The notes under the pieces are model-generated. The model made no database searches. It saw only the letters and a program-made list of their open reading frames with translations, and was not told where the DNA came from. From Sphyrna mokarran (lineage: Eukaryota), in assembly GCA_024679065.1 (NCBI GenBank), contig JAGIQG010000005.1, positions 122,140,001 to 122,204,000 on the forward strand: DNA of 64,000 nucleotides, written 5' to 3'. This document shows, piece by piece, positions 1-11,864 of the stretch. Position 1 is the stretch's first letter. The number at the start of each line of letters is the position of its first letter. The translations under genes and the position numbers were made by a program.

Positions 1-230
1 GAGGCTGGAGTTCGGCTTTGAAGAGCACGGCACCAAGGAGGCTGTCACAAGCGCCATCGAGAGCATCAGGTACTGGAGCGGCGGGACCAGTACCGGGGAG
101 GCCATCAGCTATGCCCTCAAACACCTCTTCAGCAAGTCCAAACCCAACAAAAGGAAACTCATGATTCTCATCACGGACGGACGGTCGTACGATGATGTTC
201 AGGCTCCAGCACTGGCTGCGCAGAGAAATG
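1..230 (+). CDS. VIT: Vitrin, penultimate coding exon (VWA2 domain), 5'-truncated by the window edge
   Basis: Frame from nt 2 reads RLEFGFEEHGTKEAVTSAIESIRYWSGGTSTGEAISYALKHLFSKSKPNKRKLMILITDGRSYDDVQAPALAAQRN. This matches vitrin as recalled (YWSGGTSTG, KSKPNKRKLMILITDGRSYDDV). Donor G|GTAAG at 230/231. Confidence 0.95.
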
Positions 231-244
231 GTAAGGACGCTGGA

Positions 245-680
245 TAAGGGGGAGAGAGAGAGAGAGAGAGAGAGAGTGCTGACATTGCACTGGGACAGTG
301 GGTGAGGGGGAGAGAGAGCGTGCTGACAGTGCACTGGGTAAGGGGGAGAGAGAGTGCTGACAGTGCCCCGGGACAGTGGGTGAGGGGGAGAGTGCTGACA
401 GTGCCCCGGGACAGTGGGTGAGGGGGAGAGTGCTGACAGTGCCCCGGGACAGTGGGTGAGGGGGAGAGAGCGAGAGCTTTGATAGTGCACCGGGACAGTG
501 GGTGAGGGGGGGAGAGAGAGAGAGCGCTAACAGTGCCCTGGGCACCGGGACAGTGGGTGAGGGGGAGAGAGCACGCTGACAGTGCCCTGGGACAGTGGGT
601 GAGGGGGAGAGAGAGCACTGACAGTGCACCGGGCACTGGGACAGTGTGAGATGAGAGAGAGCGCGCTGACAGTGCACCGA
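245..680. repeat. G/A-rich minisatellite (~36-45 bp unit) with embedded (GA)n
   Basis: About ten tandem units of GTGCTGACAGTGCCCCGGGACAGTGGGTGAGGGGGAGAGA with variable GA-run length. Confidence 0.92.
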
Positions 681-1019
681 GGGTTTAATGGACTATTGTT
701 TTCCAGATGTATTAAGGGATATTCAGTAAAAATAGTTAGATCACCAAAAAGCCCTGAACTCCCTGAGTGCAGGGTCCAGGCTTTGGGGCGAAGTGGTCTC
801 TTCCCGTTCTATGATCCGACCTACAACCTCTCATTCCTGCTCCTGTTTCAATAAATCCCATTGCGGACAGAATAAACCCCATTGTTATCTCCTTCGTCCT
901 TCCCCAGACCTGATAGAAGTCTTCAAAATAACAATCACCAATTTGGGTAGAGTGAGAGAAATGTCTCCATGGATGTTGTCATATGTTTTAACATAGTGAA
1001 AAATATTATTAACCAAAGG

Positions 1020-1470
1020 AGAAGTTACAGAATGTAGCGTTACAGCCATAACTAGGGTGTAGAGAAAAATCAACTTTAATATAAGGTAGGTCCATTCAAA
1101 AGTCTGATGGCAGCAAGGAAGAAACCATTCTTGAGGCGGTTGGTACATGACTCCAGACTTTTGTATCTTTTTCTGACGGAAGAAGGTGGAAGAGAGACTG
1201 TGTGGGGTCTTTAATTGTGCGGGGTTTTTTGTGCGGCTGCTTTTCTAAGGCAGCAGGAAGTGTAGACAGAGTCAATGATGGGAGGCTGGTTTATGTGATG
1301 AACTGGGCTACACTCACAACCTTTTGGAGTTCCTTGTGGTCTTGGGCAGAGCAGAAACCCATCCCAAGCTGTGATACAACCAGAAAGGACACTTTCTATG
1401 GTACAGCTGTAAAAGTTGGTGAGAATCATAGCTGACATGCCACATTTCCTTAGCCTCCTGAGAAAGTAGA
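1020..1470 (-). mobile_element. Rex1/Babar-like LINE 3' fragment
   Basis: Minus-strand translation MSAMILTNFYSCTIESVLSGCITAWDG is the Rex1-type RT C-terminus. Same family as 6270-7110, 7855-8090, 12690-13400 and 22850-23235. Confidence 0.75.
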
Positions 1471-1586
1471 AATATAGGATGGTGACTAATAAATCCAGTC
1501 GGGAAATTCAGGAGGAACTGATTTACTCAAACAGTGGTGAGAATGTGGAACTCACTACGAGAAGAAGTAGGGAGATGAATGGTTTA

Positions 1587-1925
1587 GAGGCAGTGGTCTT
1601 GTGGTACTATTAGAACATTAATCTAGAAATTCAGCTAATGTTCTGGGGACCTGGGTTCCAATCCCACCATAGCACATGGGGAAATTTGAATTCAATAAAA
1701 AATATTTAGAATTAAGAATCTTCTGATGACCATGAAACCATTGTCAGAAAACCCCATCTGGTTCACTAATGTCCTTTAGGGAAGGAAATCTACCGTCCTT
1801 AACCAGTCTGGCCTACATGTGACTCCAGAACCACAGCACTATGGTTAACTCTCAACTGTCCTCAGGTAACTAGGGATGGGCAGTAAATGTTGGCCAGCCA
1901 GTGATACCCACATCCCACAAATAGT
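1587..1925 (+). mobile_element. tRNA-derived SINE (family 2, tail shared with an L2-type LINE)
   Basis: B-box-like GGGTTCCAATCCC, body GTTCACTAATGTCCTTTAGGGAAGGAAATC, tail TAGGGATGGGCAGTAAATGTTGGCCAGCCAG...CCCACATCCC. Other copies at 11865-12190, 19955-21015 and 26150-26340. Confidence 0.75.
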
Positions 1926-1929
1926 CTAT

Positions 1930-2245
1930 AAGATATAGGAGCAGAATTAAAGCATTCGGCCCATCGAGTCTGCTCCACCATTGGATCTTGGCTGATCTGC
2001 TCCTCGTCCCCATTTTCCTGCCTTTTCCCCATAACCCTCCAACCCATTACTGATCAAAAATCTGTCGAACTCCTCCTTAAATATATTCACTGTTCCAGCA
2101 CCCACTGCACTTTGTGGTAGCAAATCCCACAGATTCACAACCCTTTGGCAGAAAAAATAGTTTCTCCTCAATTCTGTTTTAAATTTGTTACCCTTTTATC
2201 CTAAGACTATGACCTCCCGTCCCAGAATGTCCCACAAGAGGAAGC
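1930..2245 (-). mobile_element. CR1 LINE 3' end
   Basis: Reads RRNYFFCQRVVNLWDLLPQSAVGAGTVNIFKEEFDRFL...GLEGYG (CR1 ORF2 C-terminus), followed by the CR1 tail. Confidence 0.85.
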
Positions 2246-2354
2246 AATAAGTTTGTTTATGAGTGTCAATGAGTGCTGGTGTGGGCCTGTTTCTGTGCGG
2301 TAAAATTCCATGTTATTTATCCCCGCTGCTGGTGTTTTTTATCCTCTTCTGCAG

Positions 2355-2533
2355 GTGTGATTGCCTACGCCGTGGGTATTGCGTGGGCAGCCATGGACGA
2401 GTTGGCATACATTGCGACAGACCCAGACCAGGACCACTTGTTCTTCGTTGACGAGTTTGATAACTTGCATCAGTTTGTGGCCCGGATTGTGCGCAACATC
2501 TGCCAGGAGTTCAATTCGCAGCCGCGTAACTGA
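2355..2533 (+). CDS. VIT: Vitrin, last coding exon
   Basis: Acceptor ctcttctgcag|GT at 2354/2355; phase matches the previous exon. Reads (G)VIAYAVGIAWAAMDELAYIATDPDQDHLFFVDEFDNLHQFVARIVRNICQEFNSQPRN*, with the vitrin C-terminus EFNSQPRN. Confidence 0.95.
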
Positions 2534-3169
2534 GCAAAGCTGGAGAGAGTCAGACCATCTGTAGCCGCTCAGATATCTATTTACTGTGTATCAGGCCAGC
2601 TTCAATCCCAGCACCTGGGAATAGGCCACGTTCCAACCTTTCAGCTTTTCCTTGTAGACACCAGACTTTGAGGCTTTGTAGATGTGAGGGGTTTTTTTTT
2701 TCCACTGGGACCATCCATTGGCGAGCAGCCATTGGGAGGCAACTGTCCCAAACTGCCCATCCCATTCTTAACCTGAAATTCCTAGGGGGCTCCAACCCAC
2801 GCAGAGCAGGATCGCCTGGCTGCTCTCTGTTTCCCCTGGGGAACAAGCAGAGCAGCAGCTGGTCCATCCACGTCCCTGTCCATCCGAGAAAAGTGGGCAG
2901 TTTGTATTTCACCCCCTGGGTGAGGCCGGAAACATGGTGGGGGGGGAGAGCCTATATCTGCTGCATTGGAAGCATAGGGGCAGAATTCATGGACTCGCTC
3001 AGGAAACCAGGCTTCTGCCCTTCCTGGAGTGAGCATTAGGATACTGTTCTCCTCACCATTTCCGGCACTCCTGCCAGGAAATGACTGACACAGTGGGGAG
3101 GATTGTCGGCGGAGCCGGGACCAGCCGGAGCTGGTCTCTGCTGGACCCACTGGGATCATGTTCTGCTCC

Positions 3170-3350
3170 GTATTAATCTTTCAATCAACACAGGAAAATA
3201 CTTGTTGGTAATTATCACATTTGTGGGAGCTTGCTGTGCACAAATTGGCAGCTGCATTTCCTACATTGGGACAGTGAGGACTTTCCAAAGTATCTCATTG
3301 GCTGTAAAAATGCTTTGGGATGTCCTGAGCTTGTGGTAGGGTGCTCAGTC
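3170..3350 (+). mobile_element. DeuSINE (SacSINE1-like) 3' part, in the probable VIT 3' UTR
   Basis: TTTGTGGGAGCTTGCTGTGCACAAATTGGCAGCTGCATTTCCTACATT...CATTGGCTGTAAAAATGCTTTGGGATGTCCTGAG resembles the recalled SacSINE1/AmnSINE1 3' region. Confidence 0.65.
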
Positions 3351-3552
3351 TTTCCTTTGATCCACCCTTAAACCAAACCAGAATCGTGGGTTCGCTGTCT
3401 GAGATTCCGGTGCTCAGTGCACTCTCTCCTACCTAGAACACCTCCAGCTCCTTTCTAAAACATTCATCCATCTTCCCCTTCCTTTTAAAGGAAAGTGTGC
3501 AGAATGTACTGTGGAAAAAGGACAAGGAATTGATGGAATAGCAAAGTTCTCC

Positions 3553-3558
3553 ATTAAA
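3553..3558 (+). terminator. Candidate VIT polyadenylation signal (ATTAAA)
   Basis: Poly(A) hexamer ~1 kb after the VIT stop, with an upstream TGTA and a downstream GT-rich stretch. Inference only. Confidence 0.25.
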
Positions 3559-3569
3559 TAACTTGTAGA

Positions 3570-4170
3570 GTTGTGTAAGTCATTGTTATAGGAAAGACAT
3601 TGATAAACTGGGAAGAGTGCAGAGAAGAGTTATAGAGTAGTTAGCCAGGCTGGACTTTATTCCTTAGAACATAGGAGAATGAAGGGTGATCTTACTGAGG
3701 TTTATAAAATCACGAGGGGCATCAATAAGATGAACACAAGGGTTCAATTTTGTATCCTCGCTTGTCCCAAAACCGTAAAAGCCTGTTCAAGATCCATGGA
3801 CTTTTCATGGTCCGCCCCTCACCCATTCTGATTCCCGTTGGGGGGGGGCGAGGTGATAAAATTCCAGCTATAGTTGTTTTCCCAAGATAAGGAAATTGAA
3901 AAGTAGAGGATGTAGGTTTAAGGTGAGAGGGGAAAGATTTAAAAGGGAGCTGACGGGCAACTTCTTCACATTGAGGATGGTGCAGGTGTGGATTGACCTG
4001 CCAGAGGGAGTGGTCAAAGTTCAATAGCAATATTTAAAAAGCATTTAGATAAGTCCATGGATGGGGAAGGATTAGAGGGATATGGGCCAAACACAGGCAA
4101 TTGGGATGAGCTGGGAGGGCACTGTGGTTGGCAGGGAGCGATTGGGCCGAAGGGCCTGTTTCCATGCTGT
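3570..4170 (+). mobile_element. CR1 LINE 3' fragment interrupted by a ~110-bp unrelated insertion (~3760-3868)
   Basis: CR1 ORF2 C-terminal motifs (RKDIDKLGRVQRR, FKKHLDKSMDGEGLEGYG) and tail GGGCCGAAGGGCCTGTTTCCATGCTGTA. Confidence 0.75.
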
Positions 4171-4599
4171 ACTGAGTCAGAGAGCCTCTGTCCTCAGCCT
4201 GTGCTGAGTTAGTCAGGCCTGAGCAGGCACTTCAACCGGGCACAATGGGACAAGTGAGAGTTATGGAAACACACAGCAGAACCTCATGGGCAGCAAACAC
4301 ACTGGGCATTTTCATGAGAGTGTGGGTGAAGGGAAATCAACCTCCATCTCCAGTTCACATTCAGCAACACACCTGCTGGACGTGGGTATTAGAACAGGAT
4401 CAACAGCTCTACAAAGACCCCTACACTATGTACCAACAAGATACCACAGCGGAATGAGGCTAGTTTGGGGAGGCACAGGAAGGTAACCAACATCTCTGGA
4501 ACTGGACACTCTATTCCAGCTGAAAAGAAGCAGTACAGAAGACCAGCCTGCACAAATCTCTCATTCTTGTGAAACTGAGTTTGGGTAGTTGAGTTAATC

Positions 4600-5240
4600 G
4601 TTAGGAAGGAAAGTACAATGTTAGCATTCATTTCAAATAAAAATTGAATGCAAAGAAGGGATGTACTGCTGAGGCTTTAATAAGGCTCTGGTCAGATCAT
4701 GTTTGAAATATTGAGAGGATGTGCTGGCCTTGGAAAGGCTCCAGAGGAAGTTCATGGGAATGATCCCAGGAATGGAAAGATTGACAGTTCAGGAGAGTCT
4801 GGGGACATTAGGGCTGTACTCGCTGGAGATTAGAAGGATGGGGGGTGGGGGAGACAGTAGTGGGGGAATCTCATTGAAACTTAGAATACTGAAAAGCCTG
4901 GATAGAGTGGATGTGGGGAAGATGTTTCCATTAATCGGAGAGACTAGGATCCGAGGGCACGGCCTCAGAGTAAAGGGACAACCCTTTAGAACAGAGATGA
5001 GGAAGAATTTCTTCAGCCAGAGGATGGTGAATCTGTGGAATTCATTGCCACAGAAGGCTGTGGAGGCCAGGTCATTGAGTGTATTCAACACAGAGATAAA
5101 TAGGTTCTTGATTGGTAAGGAGACCAAAAGATTACTGGGAAAAGGAGGGAGAATGGGGTTGAGAAACATAATCAGTCATGATTGAATAAGAGCAGACTTA
5201 ATGGGGCGAATGGCCTAATTCTGCTCCCAGATCTTATGGT
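4600..5240 (+). mobile_element. CR1 LINE 3' fragment
   Basis: ORF 4721-5185 reads LALERLQRKFMGMIPGM...TRIRGHGLRVKGQPFRTEMRKNFFSQRMVNLWNSLPQKAVEA. Confidence 0.9.
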
Positions 5241-6269
5241 TGTTAGTGAGGAGCAGCGGGAGATAGGATATTGGCAGTGGAATGAGTGATAAATGCCAAA
5301 TTTCTATTGAACGCCTGTCCACGTGATCGTGTCCCCAGGATAAGGAAGCTGCTACTTTAATCCAGTCTGCCCTGCCCTCCAGTCCTACACCATGTGGGTA
5401 ACTCTTTATAGCCCTCAGAGCACCAAGGAATGGACAATAAATCCTCCTCCAGCATTATCAGTCACACCCCAAAGGACAAAACCACAGCATCTTGCCTCAT
5501 ACGGATTGTTTGCATTTGGATGATATCTAAGACACACCCATTCAGCGTGACAGATACTGAGGGGACTTTTAGCTTGAACGTTCATGTGGAGCTGCAGGCT
5601 AACAGCTATTGTATACGATACATGTACAGTTATTTTATAAACTATAACTAAACAGCTAATAATCTGCAAACAGCCAGAAGTCCAGTTTTGGAGGTAAGAT
5701 TGTGAAAGGACCTTTCAGAGTCTAGACCTCAGTGGGATTGCTAAAATTCCATATTCAAATAAATGGTACAAATATCCAACTTGTGATGTGGGTATTTACT
5801 GGTCAAAATGGCCTTTGTGATTTGGTTGTAAAAGTCTGGAAGCTGTCCAGACCCAACCTCTGAAATTCTATTTGACCAATCTTTTGGCAAATTTTTAATA
5901 CCTGTGAATCGGTGTCAAATTTTTAATCAACTAATATTCGTGAGGTGCTTTGGAGAGTTTTACAGCATCGTAAATTCAAGTTGTCACACAAAATGATTCC
6001 CATCATCATTGCATGTTTAAAATCGAATTCCCTGGGCTCAATGATCTAAATATCTTACTAGTTGATCATGAGGAGAGGGTGGGTGGAGGTGGAAGGAATT
6101 GGTTAGAAGCCAAAAGCAGAGGTGAGTCATCAGAACAACAATGTGACTAAAGAGATGTTTCAAATTGTTTGGTGAAAAAAGATGCCCAGCAAAGTCAGGA
6201 TATCGCTTCTTGACTCAATCTGCAGCAATGGCTTTTTAGACTGGGTGTGGAAGACAACTGGGCAGGGCA

Positions 6270-7110
6270 AAGATTTTGATTTGATTTATTGTCATGTATT
6301 GGTATACAGTAAAAAAAAAAATTATGTTTTTGCATGTTGTACAGCCAAAGCATACTGTTTGTAATGTACATGGTAAGCAGTACATGGCACAATGGTTAGC
6401 ACTGCTGCTTCACAGCACCAAGGACCAGGTGTGATTCTGCCCTCAGGTCATTCTGTGTGGAGTTTGCATATTCTCCCCATGTCTGCGTGGATTTCCTCCT
6501 ACAGTCCAAAAGATGTGCTGGTTAGATTGATTGGCTATGGTAAATTCCTTCATAGTGTCAGGGGGATTAGTAAGGTAAATTCAATGTGGTTATGGGGATA
6601 GAGACTGGGTGGGATTGGAGTTAATGCAGACTTGATGGGCCAAACAGCCTCCTTCTGCATTGTAGAGATTTTATGATGAACTTTAGGTGAGAAGGGAAAG
6701 AGAGCATGCAGAATGTAGTATTACAGTCATAGCTAGGGTGTAGCAAAAGCTCACTTAATATAAGGTAGATCCATTCAAAAGTCTGAGAGCAGCAGGGAAG
6801 AAGTTGTTCTTGAATCAGTTGTTCTTGAATCAGTTAGTATATGATCTCAGACTTTTGTATCTTCTTCCCAACAGAAGGTGGTCGGAGAGTATGTCCAGAG
6901 TGTGGGGGATTATGCTGGCTGCTTTTCCAAGGCAGTGTGAAAGATAGACACAGTGAATGACGGGTGGCTGGTTTGTGTGATAGACTGGGCTACGTTCATG
7001 ATGCTGTGTAGTTTCTTGCGGTCTTGGACAGAGCAGGAGTCATAGCAAGCTGTGATACAACCAGAAAAAGATGCTTTCAATGATGCATCTGTAAAAAATT
7101 GGTGAGGATT
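6270..7110 (-). mobile_element. Rex1/Babar-like LINE 3' fragment split by a V-SINE at 6385-6680
   Basis: Same tail (TTTGATTTGATTTATTGTCA on +) and body as 1020-1470. Confidence 0.7.
6385..6680 (+). mobile_element. HE1-like V-SINE with CR1-type tail
   Basis: tRNA head TGGCACAATGGTTAGCACTGCTGC, V core CTGTGTGGAGTTTGCATATTCTCCCC, tail GGGCCAAACAGCCTCCTTCTGCATTGTAGAGATT. Confidence 0.85.
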
Positions 7111-7259
7111 GTAAAGGGCAGCTTAAGAAAGGAGAGGGATTGATGGACTTTAACTATAGTAAAAGGGAAAAGGATGTGATCTTCCAATAAAAGGGGTCCT
7201 ACAGTGTTATCTCCATGTAATTCAAACAGCTACATCAAAATCAGAGCATGCTGGAAAAA

Positions 7260-7700
7260 TCATCACTACCAGGACTTGATGATTTGAGTTATAAAGGAGA
7301 GGCTAGATTGGAACTTACGCTCCAGGGGAAAAAAAGAGGGGTGATCTTATCAAGATCTATAAAATAATGAGGGGCACAGATCAGCGAGATAGTCAATATC
7401 TTTTCCCAAAGGTGGAGGGGTGGGGGAAGGTTAAAACCAGAGGGCACAGGTCTAAGATGAGAGGAGAGATATATAAAAAGAGTTCAGAGCAGCAATTTTT
7501 TCACCCACAATGTTGAGTGTGTCTGCCCGGGATACTAGTAGAGGCAGGTACAATTTTATCTTTTAAAAAGCATTTAGACAGTTACATGGGTAAGATGGGG
7601 CAAACACAGGCATTTGGGACTATGTAGGTGGTAAAAAACCGCATGCCATTGACAAGTTGTACCACAGTGCCCATTTCCTTATTATAAACGTTTATGACTC
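7260..7700 (+). mobile_element. CR1 LINE 3' fragment
   Basis: Degenerate GDLIKIYKIMRG / TRGHRSKMRGE motifs; same subfamily as 60075-61195. Confidence 0.75.
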
Positions 7701-7860
7701 TCTCTCAGCAGGTCTGACATCGTTTGTGCAGAGAGAATAAAGCCAATGTTTCGAATCTGGCTCTTGACTGTCAAAGGGTTATCGAGACTCAAAATGTTGG
7801 CTCCACTCTCTGTCCACAGTGCTGTCAGCCCTGCTGAGATTTTCTTTTGTGTTTTTGATT
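7700..7860. mobile_element. Penelope-like derived palindromic element
   Basis: CTCAGCAGGTCTGACATCG...GCTGTCAGCCCTGCTGAG inverted arms. Related copies at 13976-14122, 16020-16110, 18135-18345 and 61240-61340. Confidence 0.6.
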
Positions 7861-8659
7861 TATTATTGTCACACATTAACAACTATGAAAAGTATTGTTT
7901 CTTGTGCATCATACAGACAAAACATACCATTCATAAAGAAGAAAATGAGAGTGTGCAAAATGTAGTGGTACAGTCATAGCTAGGGTGTAGCGAAAGATCA
8001 ACTTAATGCAAGATAGGTCCATTCAAAAGTCTGATGGCAGCAGGGAGGAAGCTGTTCTTGAATTGGTTGGTACGTGATGTCAGATTTTTGTCCCAGAATG
8101 TGATTATATGCTGGCTGATCAGTTAACTGGCAGACAGCATGAAACATGTGCGTCAGGAAAGGCTCAGCACTGTCAGGGAGGGCAGGAAGAGGGTGGGCAC
8201 TGAGAAAAGTGGCTGGCATTTCCAATGGGCAAAATGACAGCATGTTCCAAAACTCCGTCCCCACACACCTTTTGAAATGTTATTTCAGCCCAGACAGTTC
8301 ATCTGACTCTGGGTCATTAGTCAAAGCTAAAAGGTAAAGTCCATCTAGATAATGGGCCATTCTCCCATGCAGCAAAGCAGATGGGCCACAAAAATTGTAT
8401 TTAATTGGCCTCAATGGGTTAAGTTGCCTGCTTGTCACACAAACATATTTCTAACTCTCGCACTCAATAATCTGAATATTGCAAAGAGTGAGTGATACCC
8501 TCTCTTTTGTCGCCATTTTACTCGCTTTCCAGTCAAGCATGTGCTTGCCCAAGCAACAGAAAATTGTGGCCTATCAACCTCCCTTTTCAGTTTTCCTCTC
8601 TGCTTTCTCCTTTTCAATGACAATCCATCTCAAAAATACAAACTCTGGAACCATGATTC

Positions 8660-8930
8660 AATCATAGAATCCCTACAGTGCAGAAGGAGGCCATTCACCC
8701 ATCAAGTCTATACCAACCACAATCCCACCCAAGCTCTATTCCTGTAACCCCACCTTGCTAATCCCCTGACGTTCAAATCCAACGACCAATCCACCTACCT
8801 GTACATCTTTGGAATATGGTAGGAAACCCACGCAGACACAGGGAGAACGTGCAGACTTCACACAAATAGTGACACAAGCCGGGAATTGAACTGCGCTGAG
8901 AGGCCACAGTGCGAACCACTGTACCAACCG
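8660..8930 (-). mobile_element. HE1-like V-SINE
   Basis: Reverse complement of the tRNA head, V core and CR1-type tail (ATCATAGAATCCCTACAGTGCAGAAGGAGGCCATT on +). Confidence 0.85.
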
Positions 8931-9419
8931 ATCAAACTTCCTCCCCTTTGGAAGAAGATTTTCTTGGACAACAGTTTTGAAATATAGCAAATTCTTATCC
9001 TAAAAATTAAAAGAAAAAGCTTTATTACATAAAGAACAGGAAAACTTTTCATATTTGACAAGATTTTCGGGGCTTAACCAAAGCAAAAACAAATGTGAAG
9101 CTTAGGATTGGAAGGATTCAGTCATTATAGAATTTTCCAATCTCACCCCCTTCTTTAAAGTCTGTACAGAGCCTCAGCAGTGGTGGTGTTCTTACTGACA
9201 ATCTGCTCAGGGATGAGGGACTGCATAATCCAGCAAAACAATAGAAGGTTCTTCATACGGAATCTCTCCAAAAAGTGGATTATGAATGTGTAAATTAATG
9301 CCTTTTCTTGATTATTCAAAACGTCAAATTACTGAAGAGTCAAGATTTTGCCTTCTCATTTGTGGAGTATTTTCACTGATATGCATTAGGATAACTGACT
9401 GGAAGCTATGTACAAATAG

Positions 9420-9728
9420 CATCATAGAATCCCTACTGTGTAGAAGGAGGAGGCTGTTTGGCCCATCTATTCTGCACTGGACAAAATCCTATCCCCATAA
9501 CCCCATGTATTTAACCTAGCTAGTCCCCCAACACTAAAGGACAATTTATCATGGCCAATCCACCTAACCCACACGGCTTTGGTCTGTGGGAGGAAACTGG
9601 AGCATCTGAAGGAAATCCATGCAGATACGGGGCAGAACATGCAAACTCTACAGTGACCCAAGTGGGGAATCAAACCAGGTCCCTGGCACTGTGAAGCAGC
9701 AGTGCTAATGACTGTGCCACCATGCCAC
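9420..9728 (-). mobile_element. HE1-like V-SINE
   Basis: Full head, core and CR1-type tail on the minus strand. Confidence 0.85.
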
Positions 9729-9839
9729 CCCCTTGTAGCAACATCATTCCTACCCCTACATCACTATTAGTTATAGTTATTTTGAATGCTTTATTGAAAC
9801 ATGAAGCAGCTAAAGAAGTTTCACTTATTACTATTCCAG

Positions 9840-10120
9840 GATAGCACGGTGGCACAGATTAGCATTGCTGCCTCATCATGCCAGGGACCCAGGTTCAATT
9901 CCCACTTGGGTCACTGTCTGTGTGAAGTCTACATGTTCTCCCCATGTCTGCGTAGGTTTCCTCCCACAGTCCAATAGACATGCCGGTTAGGTGCATTAGC
10001 TGTGCTAAATTCTCCTTTGGTGTACCCGAACAGGTGCTGGAGTGTGGCGACCAGGGAATTTTCACAGTAACTTCACTGCAGCGTTAAGGTAAACCTACTT
10101 GTGACATGAATAAATAAATG
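9840..10120 (+). mobile_element. V-SINE with alternative (type B) tail
   Basis: Same head and core, but tail TGTACCCGAACAGGTGCTGGAGTGTGGCGACCAGGGAATTTTCACAGTAACTTCACTGCAGCGTTAA...CCTACTTGTGACATGAATAAATAAA. Confidence 0.85.
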
Positions 10121-10519
10121 CAGATGGTCTGACAAATATCCGTTCTACTTAAATTTTTCTTTAGTTCATTAGGAGAGGTAGTTGCTAAAATGAGCACCAA
10201 GCTCCCTGTAAAAAACACACATTCCCAGGAACTCTAGAATTTCCCGTTCTGTTTTAGGGATAGGAAAGCCAATAAATTTGAACTTTAGTTTCACTGGGAA
10301 AGACTCAACATAAATAAGCAAGTTTATCACCAAATTGCCCTTTTGTAGCCTCTCAAATAGTTCACTTAGGAGTTCCAAATGTTCTTCCGAGATGTTACTT
10401 TAGACCAGATTATCAATTTACACAATAGTTGTGTAATTGTAGTTGTGTAATGCAGCAATTACCTACTTTGTTAGTCTTTGAAAGACACTGGTGTGTTCTT
10501 CATTCCAAATGGCATTACT

Positions 10520-11600
10520 TTCAGATTAATTTGCAGGTTCAGTTGGCAGTTAAAAAGGCATATGTAATGTTAGCATTCATTTCGAAGATTAGAATACAAA
10601 AGCATGGATGTGTTTTTTTCACAAGGCTTTGATCATAGCACATTTGAAATATTGAGAGCAATTTTAGACTTATCCAAGGATGTGATGGAAAAGGTCCAGA
10701 GGAGATTCACAAGGATGATTGTTAAAGGGATCAAAGGTTGCGGGGAAAAGGCAGAGGGGGTGAACTGTGATGAGGATGCAGAGATCCTTCAGTATGACCT
10801 GGAAAGGTTGGGTGAGGGGGCAAATCAATGGCAGATGCGATATAGTTTGGATAAATGTGAGGTCATTCATTTTGGAAGCAACACTAAGGCAACAGATTAC
10901 TGCCTGAATGGCTGTAAATTGGGAGAGAGGGTATGCAGTGGGAGTGGGTGTGTGTGCACCCAGTCACGTAGATGCAGCAGGCAGTACAGAAGGCAAATGG
11001 TATGCAATCTTCATTGTGAGAAATTTCGAGTACAGGAGCAGGGATGTATCATAATTAGACAGGGCCTTGGTGAGGGCACACCTAGAATATTGTTGCAGTT
11101 TTGGTCTCCTTTTCTGAGGAAGGATGTTCTTGCTCTTGAGGGAGTGCAGTGAAGGTTTTCCGGGCTGATTCTGGGGATGGTGGGACTGATCTATGAGGAG
11201 AGATTGACCAGGTTAGGATTGTTTTCACTGGAGTTCAGATGAATGGCGGGGGGGGGAATCACAGAGTCTTATAAAATTCTAACAGGACCAGACAAGATAG
11301 ATGCAGAGAGGATAGTCCCAGTGGGGGGGAGTCCAGAACCAGGAGTCATAGTCCGAGGGTTCAGGCTACACCATTTAGGATAGAGGTGAGGAGACATTTC
11401 TTCACCCAAAGAGTGGTGAGCCTGTGGAATTCATTAACACACAAATAGTTGATGCCAAAACATTGAATGTATTCAAGAGGTAGCTGGATATAGCACTTGG
11501 GGCGAATAGGATCAAAGATTATGGGGAGAAAACAGGATTAGGCTCATGAGTTGGATGATGAGCCATGTTCATCAGGAGCCTCCTCCTGTTCCTATATCTT
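10520..11600 (+). mobile_element. CR1 LINE fragments (two abutting pieces)
   Basis: ORF 10604-11152 reads LQYDLERLGEGANQWQMRYSLDKCEVIHFG...FWSPFLRKDVLALEGVQ, followed by the CR1 3' end. Confidence 0.85.
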
Positions 11601-11864
11601 ATAGTCTTAACCTAACACTTGTACAAGCCTTTTGGAGTCAAGAAAGCAAAGATGAACGTAGCTTGAACTGTTAGTGTAACTTTCCATAAATCTTCAGCAA
11701 ATCTTACTAACAAAGTCTGAATTTCCAACTGCATCAATGTACTGGTAAATCAGGGAATTTTGGATAAGAATCAGTTTGTGTTACTGCAATCATTTACGAT
11801 TCTGTATTAATTACAAGAAAGTGATTAATCAGGTTTTGGTATCATTTCAACTCCAGCTACGAGG

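Noticed and set aside
171-677. 168-aa and 145-aa minus-strand ORFs with repeated PSPTVPGHCQ/PLTHCPG
   Set aside because: They are translations of the intronic minisatellite, antisense to VIT.
245-680. Regularly spaced repeats resembling a CRISPR array
   Set aside because: Units are contiguous with no unique spacers, the context is eukaryotic, and there are no cas genes.
1720-1775. CTGATGA...GAAA suggesting a hammerhead ribozyme (also near 11996)
   Set aside because: Only five nucleotides separate the motifs with no convincing stem II, and the sequence is the body of a common SINE.
4245-4486. Short ORFs in non-repetitive DNA downstream of VIT
   Set aside because: No recognisable homology or convincing splice pair.
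6385-6450. tRNA-like A/B boxes (many copies)
   Set aside because: They are SINE heads followed by core and tail, not complete cloverleaf tRNA genes.
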